DNA of 64,000 nucleotides from an uncultured Pelagibacteraceae bacterium (GTDB taxonomy: Bacteria > Pseudomonadota > Alphaproteobacteria > Pelagibacterales > Pelagibacteraceae). Made by a program: the position numbers and the translations under genes. Location of the stretch: NCBI GenBank assembly GCA_902618555.1, contig CACNAY010000001.1:3601-67600 (forward strand). Reading direction: 5' to 3'. Every line of letters begins with the position of its first letter. Position 1 is the first letter of the stretch. The notes beneath the pieces were generated by a model. That model made no database searches, had not been told where the DNA came from, and saw nothing but the letters and a program-made list of their open reading frames with translations. Shown here in pieces: positions 50,816 through 61,980 of this stretch.

Positions 50816-51964
50816 TTAAACTATTTTATCAAATATTCTAAGAACGTTTTCCCATTTAAAATTTTTAATCGCGCTTAAACTTCTTTTAGAATATTGATTA
50901 CTAAAAGATTTATTTTCTTTAAATTTAATGATTAAATTAATTAGATCAGAGTTATTCTTGTAATAAATCATTTTGTGAGTTGAAATTTTATCGAAGTTTT
51001 TAATCACCTGTTTACTAGATATAGACGGAATACCATAAGACATGTATGTCAATAATTTAGTTTGTATACCGGTAGAGATATTGAGATTAGCTAAACCGCA
51101 AATCACTTTTGAAAGATATGGCTCTAAATTTTTAATCTTACCATAAAATTTTACACCTTCTGCACGCATAAAAAAGTTTTTGTCTATATCTCTGATCTCA
51201 CCAAAAACATGAAATTCAATATTAGAAAATTTTGATTTCAATTTAGGAAAAATTTTTTTAATAAAATTTAAACACGCTTGTCTATTCGGGGTATATTTGA
51301 TATTACCGACAAAAATAATTTTGTAACTATTTTTGCTATACTTATAAAAATTTTTTATTTTATCAATTCCAAAGTTCATTTGTATAATTTTGTTTTTTTT
51401 GACATCTTTTAAAAGACTTATTTCTCTCTTTGAAAATAAAAGAGTTGTATCGGCTGTTTTTAAACAATAATTTTCATAATTTTTTACAAAAATACTTTCA
51501 AAAAAATAAATAATCTTAAAAGGATTTATAAAAGATAATTCTTTGAAAGTTTGATAATAATTTTTCGAGTATAAATCCCCCATATCTAAAATAATCTTTT
51601 TATATATTTTGTCTGATAAAAATTGAAAAGATCTAATGGACTGACAAAAAATTACATCGAAATTTTGATAGTTATCATTAATAAATTCTTTTATTTCTGC
51701 AGAATGAAAAAAATTAAAATGTAACGGTCTTAATTTTATTAGTGATGTTAAAATATTAAGCACACATTGTAGAGGGTTATCTCTTTTAAATGATCGTATT
51801 GTTAATCTTTTTGACGTGGTTACTTTATTAGTTGAACCTAAACAAACAACTTCAACATTGTTTTTTTTTAATAAGTATTGAACAAATTTTTTTGATCTAA
51901 TTACATCTCCAGAGTATCGTTCTGAAAAAGGATTTCTTACTGAAATGAATAATATTTTTTTCAC
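50816..51964 (-). CDS. GT-B (family 4-like) glycosyltransferase
   Basis: SGDVIRS, FVGNIKYTPN and TGIQTKLLTYMSYGIP. Confidence 0.8.
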   Translation of the reverse strand: MKKILFISVRNPFSERYSGDVIRSKKFVQYLLKKNNVEVVCLGSTNKVTTSKRLTIRSFKRDNPLQCVLNILTSLIKLRPLHFNFFHSAEIKEFINDNYQNFDVIFCQSIRSFQFLSDKIYKKIILDMGDLYSKNYYQTFKELSFINPFKIIYFFESIFVKNYENYCLKTADTTLLFSKREISLLKDVKKNKIIQMNFGIDKIKNFYKYSKNSYKIIFVGNIKYTPNRQACLNFIKKIFPKLKSKFSNIEFHVFGEIRDIDKNFFMRAEGVKFYGKIKNLEPYLSKVICGLANLNISTGIQTKLLTYMSYGIPSISSKQVIKNFDKISTHKMIYYKNNSDLINLIIKFKENKSFSNQYSKRSLSAIKNFKWENVLRIFDKIV

Positions 51965-52425
51965 TTATGAGACTTATATAACTTAGATTTTTTGATTCTC
52001 CATCTTGAGCCTTCTCTTATTATATATTTAGCACAATCTTTAGACCCACATCTACAAGGATAGTTTTGAAAATCTTCATCAAAGCTAAAACCATAATCGT
52101 AGGACAACTCATCATCTTTTTTTATATCTTTTAAAGCATAAACCCAAATCTTTAATCCCTCTCCCAAGACTTCACAGTTAGGACTGCATGAATGGTTAAT
52201 CAATCTTGCGGTGTTAAATTTAAAATCTCCATCAAGATCGAAGCGTTTGTTAATGTTGAATAGATAAATTGCTTTATCATTATCAAATTTAGGGTCCTCT
52301 GCACTTTTTTTCACTGAAATAATCTTACCTTTATATTCAATTATTTTTGTACCTTTTTTAATATCACAATTGGCATAAAGACCATTTTTATCAATTTTTG
52401 ATTTTTTAATTTTGTATAATCTCAC
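51961..52425 (-). CDS. SET-domain protein-lysine methyltransferase with post-SET Cys motif
   Basis: GLYA, IIEYKG, ARLINHSCSPN, ELSYDYG and CRCGSKDC. Confidence 0.92.
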   Translation of the reverse strand: MRLYKIKKSKIDKNGLYANCDIKKGTKIIEYKGKIISVKKSAEDPKFDNDKAIYLFNINKRFDLDGDFKFNTARLINHSCSPNCEVLGEGLKIWVYALKDIKKDDELSYDYGFSFDEDFQNYPCRCGSKDCAKYIIREGSRWRIKKSKLYKSHK

Positions 52426-53579
52426 TTAAAATATTCTACTAGAATAGCATTATATATTTTTGTAAGTTTTCTTAAATCAGATAAAGAGACACACTCATCT
52501 ATTCTATGCATAGTTTTATTTACTAGTCCAAACTCAAGACAAGGAGAAATTCTCTTAATAAATCTTGCATCTGATGTACCTCCGGTAGTAGATAATTTCG
52601 GATTAATTTTTGTTATTTTTTTAATAATTTTTTTTGCCATAAATATAGTTTTTCCCGGCTTTGTTAAAAAGGCATCTCCGTTAGCTATATAATCAATTTT
52701 ATAATTACATTTATTTTTTTTACTTATCTTTTTTACGATTGAACTTACTTTTTTCTTTAAAGAACTAGACGTGTGTAAATTATTAAATCTAATATTAAAC
52801 TTAGCTCGTGCTCTAGCTGGTATTACGTTATGAGCTTTGTTGTCAACGTTAATAGATGTGAATTCAAGATTAGAGGGCTGGAAATTTTTATTACCTTTAT
52901 CAAGTTTATTTTCTTTTAGTTTTTTGCATATAGTTACCAAAGTATTTATAGGATTATTTGATAGATGAGGATAAGCTATATGACCTTGGGTGCCGTAAAT
53001 TTCTATATTTCCTGATAAACTTCCTCTTCTTCCAATTTTGATCATTTCCCCAAGTTTATTTGGATTTGTAGGTTCTCCAACAATACAAAAATCAATTTTC
53101 TCTCTTCTTTTTCTTAAATATTCTACAACTTTTTTTGTACCATTAATTGCATATCCCTCTTCATCACCAGTAATTAAAAAACTTATTGATCCTTTAAATT
53201 TTCGGTTTTTTTGTAAAAACCTACTTACAGCCGCTGTGAAGCATGCTATTGAACTTTTCATATCATTAGCGCCCCTACCTATTAAGTAATTTTTTTTAAT
53301 CAAAGGTTTAAAGGGATCAATAGTCCAATCTTTTATATTTCCAGGGGGTACAACATCAGTATGTCCCGCGTAGCAAAGGTTTGGTCCTTTTTTACCAATT
53401 CTTGCGTAAAGGTTTTTTATCGGTTCACTTCCTTTATCTTTAAATTCAAGAATTTTACAATTGAAGCCTAATTTTTTAAGTTTTTTGCTAAGAAATTTTA
53501 TTGCACCAGCGTCCTTAGGGGTAACACTTGGGAATCTTATTAATTCTTTGGATAATTGTATTTCGTTAATTATAGCCAT
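52422..53579 (-). CDS. dapE: Succinyl-diaminopimelate desuccinylase
   Basis: AGHTDVVP, GRGANDMK, TGDEE, GRRGS, QGHIAYPH and GGTSDARF. Confidence 0.95.
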   Translation of the reverse strand: MAIINEIQLSKELIRFPSVTPKDAGAIKFLSKKLKKLGFNCKILEFKDKGSEPIKNLYARIGKKGPNLCYAGHTDVVPPGNIKDWTIDPFKPLIKKNYLIGRGANDMKSSIACFTAAVSRFLQKNRKFKGSISFLITGDEEGYAINGTKKVVEYLRKRREKIDFCIVGEPTNPNKLGEMIKIGRRGSLSGNIEIYGTQGHIAYPHLSNNPINTLVTICKKLKENKLDKGNKNFQPSNLEFTSINVDNKAHNVIPARARAKFNIRFNNLHTSSSLKKKVSSIVKKISKKNKCNYKIDYIANGDAFLTKPGKTIFMAKKIIKKITKINPKLSTTGGTSDARFIKRISPCLEFGLVNKTMHRIDECVSLSDLRKLTKIYNAILVEYFK

Positions 53580-54406
53580 CAGTCTCTAAGTAAATCGTTA
53601 ATAGAAGTTTTACTTCTAGTTTTTTCATCGACTTTTTTAACTATTACTGCACAGTATAACGAAGGTCCATCTGGGTTAGTCTTATTAGGCAAGCTTCCAG
53701 GAACCACAACTGAATACGCAGGAACTTTACCATAATGTATTTCTCCAGAGTTCCTATCTACTATTTTTGTAGATGCGCCTATGTAAACTCCCATTGATAA
53801 TACTGCACCTTCTTCAACTACAACACCTTCAGCAATCTCTGATCGAGCTCCGATAAAACAATTATCCTCAATAATTACTGGACCAGCCTGAAGTGGTTCT
53901 AGCACTCCTCCAATACCTGCTCCTCCAGAAATATGACAATTTTTTCCAACTTGAGCACATGAACCAACGGATGCCCAAGTGTCAATCATTGTGCCTTCAT
54001 CGACATAAGCTCCGAGATTTACAAAGCTAGGCATCAAAACTACATTTTTACCAATATAAGCACCTTTTCTGACAACTCCATTTGGAACATGACGGTATCC
54101 TGCTTTTTTCCAGTCCTTCTCTTTCCATTTAACTGTTTTTCCAGGTACTTTGTCATACCAAGTAGTGTATGGACCTTTCATCATCTCCATTTTATTAATT
54201 CTAAAGCTCAACAAAATAGCTTTTTTAATCCACTGATTTACTACCCAATTCCCATTTATTTTGTTTGCTACTCTAATTTTTCCACTATCAACTAAATTAA
54301 TAGTTTCATTTATAGCCTTTACTAATTTTTTATCTGACTTTGGACCTACTTTTTCTTTTATTTCAAAACTTTTATTTATTATTTCTTCTAGCTTATCGTA
54401 ACTCAT
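53579..54406 (-). CDS. dapD: Tetrahydrodipicolinate N-succinyltransferase
   Basis: [19 protein letters not shown] and LYCAVIVK. Confidence 0.97.
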   Translation of the reverse strand: MSYDKLEEIINKSFEIKEKVGPKSDKKLVKAINETINLVDSGKIRVANKINGNWVVNQWIKKAILLSFRINKMEMMKGPYTTWYDKVPGKTVKWKEKDWKKAGYRHVPNGVVRKGAYIGKNVVLMPSFVNLGAYVDEGTMIDTWASVGSCAQVGKNCHISGGAGIGGVLEPLQAGPVIIEDNCFIGARSEIAEGVVVEEGAVLSMGVYIGASTKIVDRNSGEIHYGKVPAYSVVVPGSLPNKTNPDGPSLYCAVIVKKVDEKTRSKTSINDLLRD

Positions 54407-55058
54407 TAATCTCCTTTAAAAATTTTGCCAGTTTATCAGTCTTATAATTGATGAAATCTGAGTCTGAATATTTTGCTGCCCACGGTTCATCATTTTTAAT
54501 CCAAACAGTTTTCATTCCTAATTCATAAGCTGGCTTTAAATTTCTTGCAATATCTTCAAAGAATATACAATATTGTGGCTCAATTTTGTAATTTTCTACC
54601 AATTTTTTGTATGGTTCTTTAGAAGGCTTTGGAATAAATTCACAATCTCTTATATCAAAAATTCCATCAAAAAGCTTATCTATTCCAATTCTTTTAGTTA
54701 CATTAAGAGCATGGGCTCGAGACCCATTAGTAAAAATTATTTTTTTTCCATCTAGTTTTTTAATTTCATTTTCTAAATCTTTATCTTTATCTAAAAAACT
54801 TAGATCTACATCATGTACAAATTCCAAAAATTCATCAGCATCGATTTTATGGTTTTTAATCATCCCGTTTAAGGTTGTATTATACTCTTGAAAATAGTTT
54901 TTTTGAATTTTCCTAGCCTCTTCAATACTAACTTTTAATTTTTCAGATATAAATTTTGACATTTTTCTGTCTACTTGGTCAAAAACTTTAGTAGCTCCAT
55001 CGTAAAGCGTATTATCTAAATCAAATAACCAAAATTTTATATTTTTTAAGTCTTTCAT
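54393..55058 (-). CDS. Pyrimidine 5'-nucleotidase (HAD family)
   Basis: [15 protein letters not shown] and FFEDIARNL; argB-dapD synteny. Confidence 0.9.
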   Translation of the reverse strand: MKDLKNIKFWLFDLDNTLYDGATKVFDQVDRKMSKFISEKLKVSIEEARKIQKNYFQEYNTTLNGMIKNHKIDADEFLEFVHDVDLSFLDKDKDLENEIKKLDGKKIIFTNGSRAHALNVTKRIGIDKLFDGIFDIRDCEFIPKPSKEPYKKLVENYKIEPQYCIFFEDIARNLKPAYELGMKTVWIKNDEPWAAKYSDSDFINYKTDKLAKFLKEINELR

Positions 55059-55924
55059 TCTCTAATTAATGTTCCAGATCCCTTGTCAGAAAAAATTTCA
55101 TGTAAAACTGAGTGGGGTTTTCTCCCGTCTAAAATTACTACACCCCTTACTCCATTTTGAACAGCATCAACACAATTTTCTATTTTGGGGATCATACCAC
55201 CTTGAACAACTTTCCATTTAATAAGATTTTCAAGATCGAAAGGTTTTATTTCTGAAATTAGCTTTTTCTGATCATCATATACACCTTCAACATTTGTCAT
55301 TAATATCAGTCTTCTGGATTTTAGTTTTTTCGCTATAGCGCTTGCCGCAGTGTCACCATTGATATTATATGTTTGATCGTTTTTCCCTAAACCTAAAGGA
55401 GCTATAATCGGAATTTTATTTTCATTAAGCGCTCTTTGAATTAAATCATCATTAATGTTATTTGGTATTCCCACAAATCCAAGTTCCTCTCTTTCAGGCT
55501 CAACCTCAATTACGTTATTAGTTTTAGTATGAAATGACGCTGCCTCAGAACCTAATTTTTTGAGAGAACTTACTATATCTTTATTAAAATCAATCAGCAC
55601 TTCCTCTACGGTATCAATTATATTTTTATCAGTTACTCTTAAGCCATTGATAAATTTTGATACAATTTTTTTCTTTTCTAACTCTCTTTTAATTCTTGGA
55701 CCACCACCATGAACTACTACAATAGATAAACCTAATCTATTAAGAACATTAATATCTGATATAAAGTTATTAAAAACATTCCTATCAATAAGAACATTTC
55801 CTCCGTATTTGATTACTATTTTCTCTTTTTCATATTTTTTAACGTATTTTTGAACAATATTAATATCTGGAGCTTTCTCAGGCCAAAATTTTTTTATCTC
55901 ATCAAGAGAAATATTTTTTGACAT
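55055..55924 (-). CDS. argB: Acetylglutamate kinase
   Basis: VIKYGG, VHGGGP, GLRVT, NINGD and GGMIPK. Confidence 0.96.
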   Translation of the reverse strand: MSKNISLDEIKKFWPEKAPDINIVQKYVKKYEKEKIVIKYGGNVLIDRNVFNNFISDINVLNRLGLSIVVVHGGGPRIKRELEKKKIVSKFINGLRVTDKNIIDTVEEVLIDFNKDIVSSLKKLGSEAASFHTKTNNVIEVEPEREELGFVGIPNNINDDLIQRALNENKIPIIAPLGLGKNDQTYNINGDTAASAIAKKLKSRRLILMTNVEGVYDDQKKLISEIKPFDLENLIKWKVVQGGMIPKIENCVDAVQNGVRGVVILDGRKPHSVLHEIFSDKGSGTLIRE

Positions 55925-57610
55925 TTAATTTGTTTTCACTGTCGTTTTTTTAACAATTACATACTGCTGTGCGATTGTAAGAATATTATTTATTGTCCAA
56001 TAAACAACTAAACCAGACGGAAAAGATGCAAGTATGATTGTTAAAAATAATGGAAAGAAAGCAAATATTTTTGCTTGAATTGGATCAGCTGGTGCTGGGT
56101 TTAACTTTTGTTGAACCCACATTGAGGCTCCCATTAAAATTGGCCAAATTCCAATTATCATAAAACTTGGAGGATCCCAAGGTATTAAGCCAAATAAATT
56201 AAATAATGAAGTTGGATCTTGAGCTGATAAATCTTTAATCCAGCCGAAGAATGGTTGATGTCTCATTTCTAGAGAAATAAAGAGCATTTTATATATTGCA
56301 AAAAAGAAAGGTATTTGAATCAATACTGGCAAACACCCTGATGCAGGATTAATTTTTTCTTTTCTGTACAAAGCCATCATTTCTTGCTGCAATTTGACTT
56401 TATCGTCTTTATGCAGTTCTTTAAGTCTCATCATCTCTGGCTGAACTGCTTTCATTTTTGCCATTGATCTAAATGAGAAATTGGCTAGTGGGAAAAAAAT
56501 TAGTCTTATTGCTATAGTTAATAAAACAATAGCTGTTCCAAAGTTTCCAGAAATCTTAAATAAATAATCTATTACAAAAAATAAGGGTTTAGTGAAGAAA
56601 TAAAACCAACCCCAATCGATAACTAAGTCGAACTTTTTAATATTTTGGCTAGCTGCATAACCGTCAATTGTTTCAACTTCTTTTGCAGCGATAAATAATC
56701 TTAATTCATTTATTCCAGAAGATGATTTATTAATAGTTGTAGGTTTATTAATTATATAATTAGCTTTAAATCCATCTTCATAAAGAAAAGTTGATTTAAA
56801 ATTTTTACCTGTCTCTGGTACCAAAGCGGTCATCCAGTATTTGTCTGTAATTCCAAGCCAACCTTCATTAGACTCTCTTACAATCTTTTTTTCTTGAATA
56901 TCGTCGTAATCATCCTCTTTTAACTCATCATCAAAAACTCCAATGAAACCTTCATGTTGTATGTAAAAATTCTGAATATCATCTGGGATTTTATTTCTTG
57001 TCATTTGAGCATATGGAAATAATTCTATCGATGAATTAGAATTATTTTTTACTTGTTGAGATATCTTGAATAAATATTTATCGTCTAACTCAATCCTTTT
57101 TTCAAAAGTTACTCCCTCTTTATTATCCCACTGCAAAATAACCGGCGATGAATTACTTAAAATATTGTTTCCTTTCACGTTCCAAACAGAGTCTTTAGTA
57201 GGAACTTTGATTTTGTTTCCTATGCTTGTCCATCCTGTCTCTATATAAAAACCATTTTCAGTATTAGATGGATTTAAAAAAACAATATTTTTTCCATCTT
57301 CAACTTTTTGTTTATGTTTTTTAAAAGATATATCGTCAATTAGAGCGCCCTTTAAATTTATTGAACCTAATATACTGTCATTTTCAATTTTTACCCTTTT
57401 ACTATTACTAATGGACTCTTCTCTCGTGAGTTTTTTAACTATTTGTGGTTGGCTAATTGTAGGCGCAATAGAGTTTTGTTCAGTTTTTTTTTCAACATTT
57501 TGATTATTTTGTTGCTCAATAGGTTTTCTAGGTGTTTCAAAAAAGGCACCCCAGAAAAGTAAAACAGACATTGAAAGAGCTATCGCTACAAATACATTTC
57601 TATTATCCAT
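55925..57610 (-). CDS. yidC: Membrane protein insertase YidC
   Basis: [28 protein letters not shown] and GLVVYW. Confidence 0.97.
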   Translation of the reverse strand: MDNRNVFVAIALSMSVLLFWGAFFETPRKPIEQQNNQNVEKKTEQNSIAPTISQPQIVKKLTREESISNSKRVKIENDSILGSINLKGALIDDISFKKHKQKVEDGKNIVFLNPSNTENGFYIETGWTSIGNKIKVPTKDSVWNVKGNNILSNSSPVILQWDNKEGVTFEKRIELDDKYLFKISQQVKNNSNSSIELFPYAQMTRNKIPDDIQNFYIQHEGFIGVFDDELKEDDYDDIQEKKIVRESNEGWLGITDKYWMTALVPETGKNFKSTFLYEDGFKANYIINKPTTINKSSSGINELRLFIAAKEVETIDGYAASQNIKKFDLVIDWGWFYFFTKPLFFVIDYLFKISGNFGTAIVLLTIAIRLIFFPLANFSFRSMAKMKAVQPEMMRLKELHKDDKVKLQQEMMALYRKEKINPASGCLPVLIQIPFFFAIYKMLFISLEMRHQPFFGWIKDLSAQDPTSLFNLFGLIPWDPPSFMIIGIWPILMGASMWVQQKLNPAPADPIQAKIFAFFPLFLTIILASFPSGLVVYWTINNILTIAQQYVIVKKTTVKTN

Positions 57611-57926
57611 TTTTACTTTCCTTGTTGTTCTCGTATTTCCAACCAGCTTTTTGTAATCCCTTCACAATTTTTTTCAACCTTTCTTGTCTAGAAGCGTTTT
57701 TTGGAATCGGGACAAAATCGACTCCATGAGAACCACCTAGTTTTTTAAACGGGTGACATTTAAAAATTCTTTTTGTTCCTAATTGAAAACCATTTATAAG
57801 ACCTTGGGTTTTTAGAGCTTCTATAAAATATTCTGAACAAGTCGGTAAAAATCTACACCTATTTCCTAATAATGGTGAAATAAGATATTTATAGATTTTA
57901 ATTATAAAAATTAGAATTTTTGTCAT
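57603..57926 (-). CDS. yidD: Membrane protein insertion efficiency factor
   Basis: [16 protein letters not shown] and RIFKCHP. Confidence 0.93.
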   Translation of the reverse strand: MTKILIFIIKIYKYLISPLLGNRCRFLPTCSEYFIEALKTQGLINGFQLGTKRIFKCHPFKKLGGSHGVDFVPIPKNASRQERLKKIVKGLQKAGWKYENNKESKNG

Positions 57927-57927
57927 T

Positions 57928-58278
57928 TTACTTTTTTAACCTACTAAAACTTTTTTCCATTAATGGCAAAAGCACATCATGTTTTTGAGCATATGCATTA
58001 GATTTACCAAAAACTATATAAGTGTAATCTTTATTAATTGCACCCCTTTTTTTTAGTAATTTATGAACAATACCTTTTAATTTTCTTCTTATTTTGTTTC
58101 TTTTGACGGCATTTCCAATTTTCTTTTTCATAACAAAACTTATGATCAAATTAGCTTTAAATTTAGGTTGAAAAAATTTTTTTGCTGCGAAAATAGAAAA
58201 ATAATCAGTGTGAATTTTTTTTTCTTTAAGGACTTTTCTGAATTGGTTGCTTTTTTTTAAACTTTCAAGCTTAACCAT
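57928..58278 (-). CDS. rnpA: Ribonuclease P protein component
   Basis: [17 protein letters not shown] motif; rpmH-rnpA-yidD-yidC synteny. Confidence 0.93.
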   Translation of the reverse strand: MVKLESLKKSNQFRKVLKEKKIHTDYFSIFAAKKFFQPKFKANLIISFVMKKKIGNAVKRNKIRRKLKGIVHKLLKKRGAINKDYTYIVFGKSNAYAQKHDVLLPLMEKSFSRLKK

Positions 58279-58284
58279 TTAGAT

Positions 58285-58419
58285 TTAAGTAGATAAAATC
58301 TTTCTTCCCTTAGCCCGTCTACGAGCAATAAGTTGCCTCCCGGTTTTTGTAGCCATTCGTGCCCTAAAACCGTGTCTTCTTTTTCTTACTAAATTACTGG
58401 GTTGATAAGTTCTTTTCAT
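58285..58419 (-). CDS. rpmH: 50S ribosomal protein L34; absent from the ORF track
   Basis: [44 protein letters not shown]. Confidence 0.97.
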   Translation of the reverse strand: MKRTYQPSNLVRKRRHGFRARMATKTGRQLIARRRAKGRKILST

Positions 58420-58469
58420 AAATATTTTAAGGTATATATTTTAATTGCTGTCTATTGTACAGGTAAATT

Positions 58470-59192
58470 ATGGGTAAAAATTTGAAAATTTTTTTAGGTG
58501 TTTCTTACTTAATATTATTGTTTTTTTTCCTGTATTTTATTTTTACATCAATAGAAGTAAAGAGATTGGATGATTTCACATACTATAAAGAACTTCAGTT
58601 AGATTTAGGCACTTTCATAAGCGCAAATATATTAATTAATATTTTTTATTTTTTTATATTTGCAGTAATTTGGGTTGCATTACTCGGTTTTGGCTCTCCT
58701 ATTTTAATCATCTCAGGAATATTATTTGGAAAAATAATTGGAACTTTAGTTTCAGTATTTTCAATTTCCATTGGAGCTTTAATTCTATATTCAATTGGAA
58801 ATTTCTTTTTTAGAGATATTGTTAAAGCTGTTTTAGAAAGAAAATTTGAAAAATATATTCAATTATTTCAAAAAAATGAATTTTTTTATTTTTTTATTTA
58901 TAGGTTTATAGGAGGTCTTGGAGTTCCATTTGGATTGCAAAATTTAATTCCAATTTTATTTGGGATGAAAAAACTAAATTATTTTCTAGCTAGTTTTTTA
59001 GGGTTTATCCCGGGTTTTTTTATAATTAATACTATTGGAGCTGGTTTGAATTCTTACATATCTCAAGCTGAAAATTTTAGTATGGTTGATTTGATTTTAA
59101 CTCCTGAGATTTACATACCAATTTTAATGTTTTCAGCGTTGATGTTTTTTTCCATAGTTTTAAAAAAGAAATTTTTTAATGATACAAATTAA
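58470..59192 (+). CDS. TVP38/TMEM64 (DedA/VTT domain) membrane protein
   Basis: G.LFG...G, RFIGGLGVPF..QN and FLASFLGFIPG. Confidence 0.82.
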   Translation: MGKNLKIFLGVSYLILLFFFLYFIFTSIEVKRLDDFTYYKELQLDLGTFISANILINIFYFFIFAVIWVALLGFGSPILIISGILFGKIIGTLVSVFSISIGALILYSIGNFFFRDIVKAVLERKFEKYIQLFQKNEFFYFFIYRFIGGLGVPFGLQNLIPILFGMKKLNYFLASFLGFIPGFFIINTIGAGLNSYISQAENFSMVDLILTPEIYIPILMFSALMFFSIVLKKKFFNDTN

Positions 59193-60909
59193 TAAAAATA
59201 ATTTATCCGAAAATTTAAGTCCTTATCTTAAACAACATAAAAATAATCCTGTTCATTGGCAAATATGGTCAAAAAACTCTTTACAATTTGCCAAACAAAA
59301 TAAAAAACCAATCTTACTAAGTATTGGTTACGCTAGTTGTCACTGGTGTCATGTAATGGCCCATGAAAGTTTTGAGGACAATGATACTGCAAAATTAATG
59401 AATAAATTATTTATTAATATAAAAGTCGATAGAGAGGAAAGACCAGATTTAGATTTTATTTTTCAAAGCTCTTATCAATTATTCAACCAAATAGGAGGAG
59501 GTTGGCCACTTACTATGTTTTTAGACGAAAATGGTGTTCCTTTTATGGGAGGAACTTATTTTCCAAAAGAACCAAAACAAGGATTACCTTCATTTAAAGA
59601 GGTTTTACAAAAAGTATCTGATGCCTATAAAGAACAAAGAGAAAATATAATTAATCAAAAAGATTTAATCATAAAAAATTTAGATTTAAAAAAAAATTCC
59701 GTACTTACCCAAGATCTAGAACCAATTTTAGAAATGTCACTAAACCATTTAGATAAAACAAAAGGGGGTTACAAAGGTGCACCAAAATTTCCAACATTTA
59801 ATTTATATGAAACTCTTATTTATTTTTATAATAAATCAAAAGATAAAAAATATTTAGAACCAATAGACCTAATTATAAAACAACTTTGTTCCAAGGGAAT
59901 TTACGACCATATAGAAGGGGGTATTGCTCGATATACAGTAGATGAGGACTGGATTGTTCCACATTTCGAAAAAATGCTATACGATAATTCTCAATTTATA
60001 CTTTTACTATCTAAGTATTGTAAATTAAATCCAGATAATTATTTTAAAGAAAAATTAGATCAAACAATTAATTTTTTAATAAAAAATTTTGTTAACAGTG
60101 AAGGCTTTTTAGGCTCAGCACTGGATGCAGATAGCGACGGTGAGGAAGGAAAATATTATGTTTTTTCTTATGATGAAATTAAGGACATAAAAGATATTGA
60201 TAAATATTTTGACATAAATCCAAAAGGAAATTGGGAAAATAAAATTATTTTAGTTGAAAAATCAAAGCCGAATGAAATCATATTAAAAAAACTTTTAGAA
60301 ATAAGATTAAAAAGAAATAGACCATTTTTCGACGATAAAACTCAATTAGATTTAAATTGCTTAATGATAAGCGCTTTGGTTATTGCAAATGAAATTCTAC
60401 CAGAGAAAAATTACCTTAAACTTGCAGAAGAATTTTTTCTAAAAATAGAAAAAAAATATATTAAAAATAAAATTCATCACAGTTATTCAAAGGAAATTGT
60501 TTTTATCGAAGACTATGCTTTTCTTATAAATTGTTTGAATGATTTATATGATAAAACCATGAATTTTAAATACAAAGATTTATCCAAAAAACTATCACTA
60601 GAAGCGATTAATAAATTTTATTTGAGTGATAAGAATATTTTTCAAAAAAGTCCAAAAACAAATAACGATGTTTTTATTAATCCAGTTGATATAGGCGATA
60701 ACACTATACCAAATGGAAACGCAGTAATGCTTATAAATTTTGTAAGGTTAGGCATGATGGAAGAAGCTAAAAAATTATCTGAAAGCTTAAATGGATACCT
60801 TAATATTAATAAAAGTCATATGATGACTTCATTAAGAGCTATAGACTTTTATTGTAATGTTAAAGATGGAAAAAACTGTAATGAGCACGGTTGTAAAATA
60901 GATGTATAA
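59179..60909 (+). CDS. Thioredoxin-domain / six-hairpin protein (YyaL/SPATA20 family)
   Basis: SPYLKQH..NPVHW, SIGYASCHWCHVMAHESF, KVDREERPD, GGWPL and PHFEKMLYDN. Confidence 0.92.
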   Translation: MIQINKNNLSENLSPYLKQHKNNPVHWQIWSKNSLQFAKQNKKPILLSIGYASCHWCHVMAHESFEDNDTAKLMNKLFINIKVDREERPDLDFIFQSSYQLFNQIGGGWPLTMFLDENGVPFMGGTYFPKEPKQGLPSFKEVLQKVSDAYKEQRENIINQKDLIIKNLDLKKNSVLTQDLEPILEMSLNHLDKTKGGYKGAPKFPTFNLYETLIYFYNKSKDKKYLEPIDLIIKQLCSKGIYDHIEGGIARYTVDEDWIVPHFEKMLYDNSQFILLLSKYCKLNPDNYFKEKLDQTINFLIKNFVNSEGFLGSALDADSDGEEGKYYVFSYDEIKDIKDIDKYFDINPKGNWENKIILVEKSKPNEIILKKLLEIRLKRNRPFFDDKTQLDLNCLMISALVIANEILPEKNYLKLAEEFFLKIEKKYIKNKIHHSYSKEIVFIEDYAFLINCLNDLYDKTMNFKYKDLSKKLSLEAINKFYLSDKNIFQKSPKTNNDVFINPVDIGDNTIPNGNAVMLINFVRLGMMEEAKKLSESLNGYLNINKSHMMTSLRAIDFYCNVKDGKNCNEHGCKIDV

Positions 60910-61087
60910 AAAAATAAATTGGATAATTTGGTTGGCTTTTGTAATTTTATGGAATTATGGATTTCCACAAGCGACACCTTTTCAAGATGTTATAGTTGCC
61001 GTATTTCTGTCTATTTTGTTTATAATTATTCCTATAGTTCAATCAAGATACTTGAAAAAAAGTAGATCAAGAAGTAAGTTCAATTGA
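60902..61087 (+). CDS. Small two-TM hypothetical protein
   Basis: Two hydrophobic segments around WNYGFPQATPFQD; overlaps the upstream stop. Confidence 0.6.
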   Translation: MYKKINWIIWLAFVILWNYGFPQATPFQDVIVAVFLSILFIIIPIVQSRYLKKSRSRSKFN

Positions 61088-61106
61088 AAATGAAGGAGTG
61101 CTTTTT

Positions 61107-61301
61107 ATGGGAATTCATTACGATTATAAGTCAACTCGTGGCGCTAAAGCGATGAAAAAAGAGGCAAAAAGAAAAGCACGAATAGAGCAAAGGCGGGCAC
61201 GAAGATCAAGTACAAATCCAAAAGAGAATGATCAAGAAACGATGCATGATATAAACAAACCTATCACTCTTGAGGATTTAACAAATCCAGATAAAAATTA
61301 G
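61107..61301 (+). CDS. Small basic hypothetical protein
   Basis: MGIHYDYKSTRGAKAMKKEAKRKARIEQRRARR; AAGGAG RBS near 61093 supports ATG 61107 over GTG 61098. Confidence 0.65.
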   Translation: MGIHYDYKSTRGAKAMKKEAKRKARIEQRRARRSSTNPKENDQETMHDINKPITLEDLTNPDKN

Positions 61302-61308
61302 TTTATAG

Positions 61309-61434
61309 ATGAAATCTTTTGTTAAAAAAGATTCTTTACTAAAAAAACGTGAAGAAGCATTAAAAAAAAATTTAAAAAAAAGAAAAGAAAACAAAATATT
61401 ATTAAAAAAAAAGTATGCCAGTACTTTCAGATAA
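61309..61434 (+). CDS. 41-aa basic small protein; absent from the ORF track
   Basis: [41 protein letters not shown]; AL..NL..RK core; overlaps the dcd start. Confidence 0.5.
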   Translation: MKSFVKKDSLLKKREEALKKNLKKRKENKILLKKKYASTFR

Positions 61435-61969
61435 ATGGATTAAAAAAACAGCTAAAACCAAAGGCATGATCAAGCCTTTTGTAAGCAGACAAGTGCGAAA
61501 AGGGAAGATCTCTTTTGGCCTATCTTCTTACGGATATGATGCACGAGTTTCTAATGAGTTTAAAATTTTTACAAACGTTAATTCTGGAATAGTAGATCCA
61601 AAACTTTTTAAAAAAGAGAGTTTTGTAACAAAAAAAGGCAAAGAATGTATAATACCTCCAAATTCATTTGCTCTGGCTAGGACAATTGAATATTTTAAAA
61701 TTCCAGAAAATGTTTTAGTAATCTGCTTAGGCAAGTCAACTTATGCTAGATGTGGAATAATAGTCAATGTTACTCCTTTAGAACCAGGCTGGGAAGGTCA
61801 TGTTACTCTAGAATTTTCAAACACAACTCCATTACCAGCAAAAATTTATGCTAATGAAGGTGTTGCGCAATTTGTATTTTTAAAAGGGAATGAAAAACCT
61901 GAAGTTTCTTATGCAAAAAGAAAAGGCAAATATATGAAACAAAAAGGTGTTACATTACCAAAAGTATAA
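61415..61969 (+). CDS. dcd: dCTP deaminase
   Basis: [18 protein letters not shown] and [23 protein letters not shown]. Confidence 0.96.
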   Translation: MPVLSDKWIKKTAKTKGMIKPFVSRQVRKGKISFGLSSYGYDARVSNEFKIFTNVNSGIVDPKLFKKESFVTKKGKECIIPPNSFALARTIEYFKIPENVLVICLGKSTYARCGIIVNVTPLEPGWEGHVTLEFSNTTPLPAKIYANEGVAQFVFLKGNEKPEVSYAKRKGKYMKQKGVTLPKV

Positions 61970-61980
61970 AACTTTTTTTA

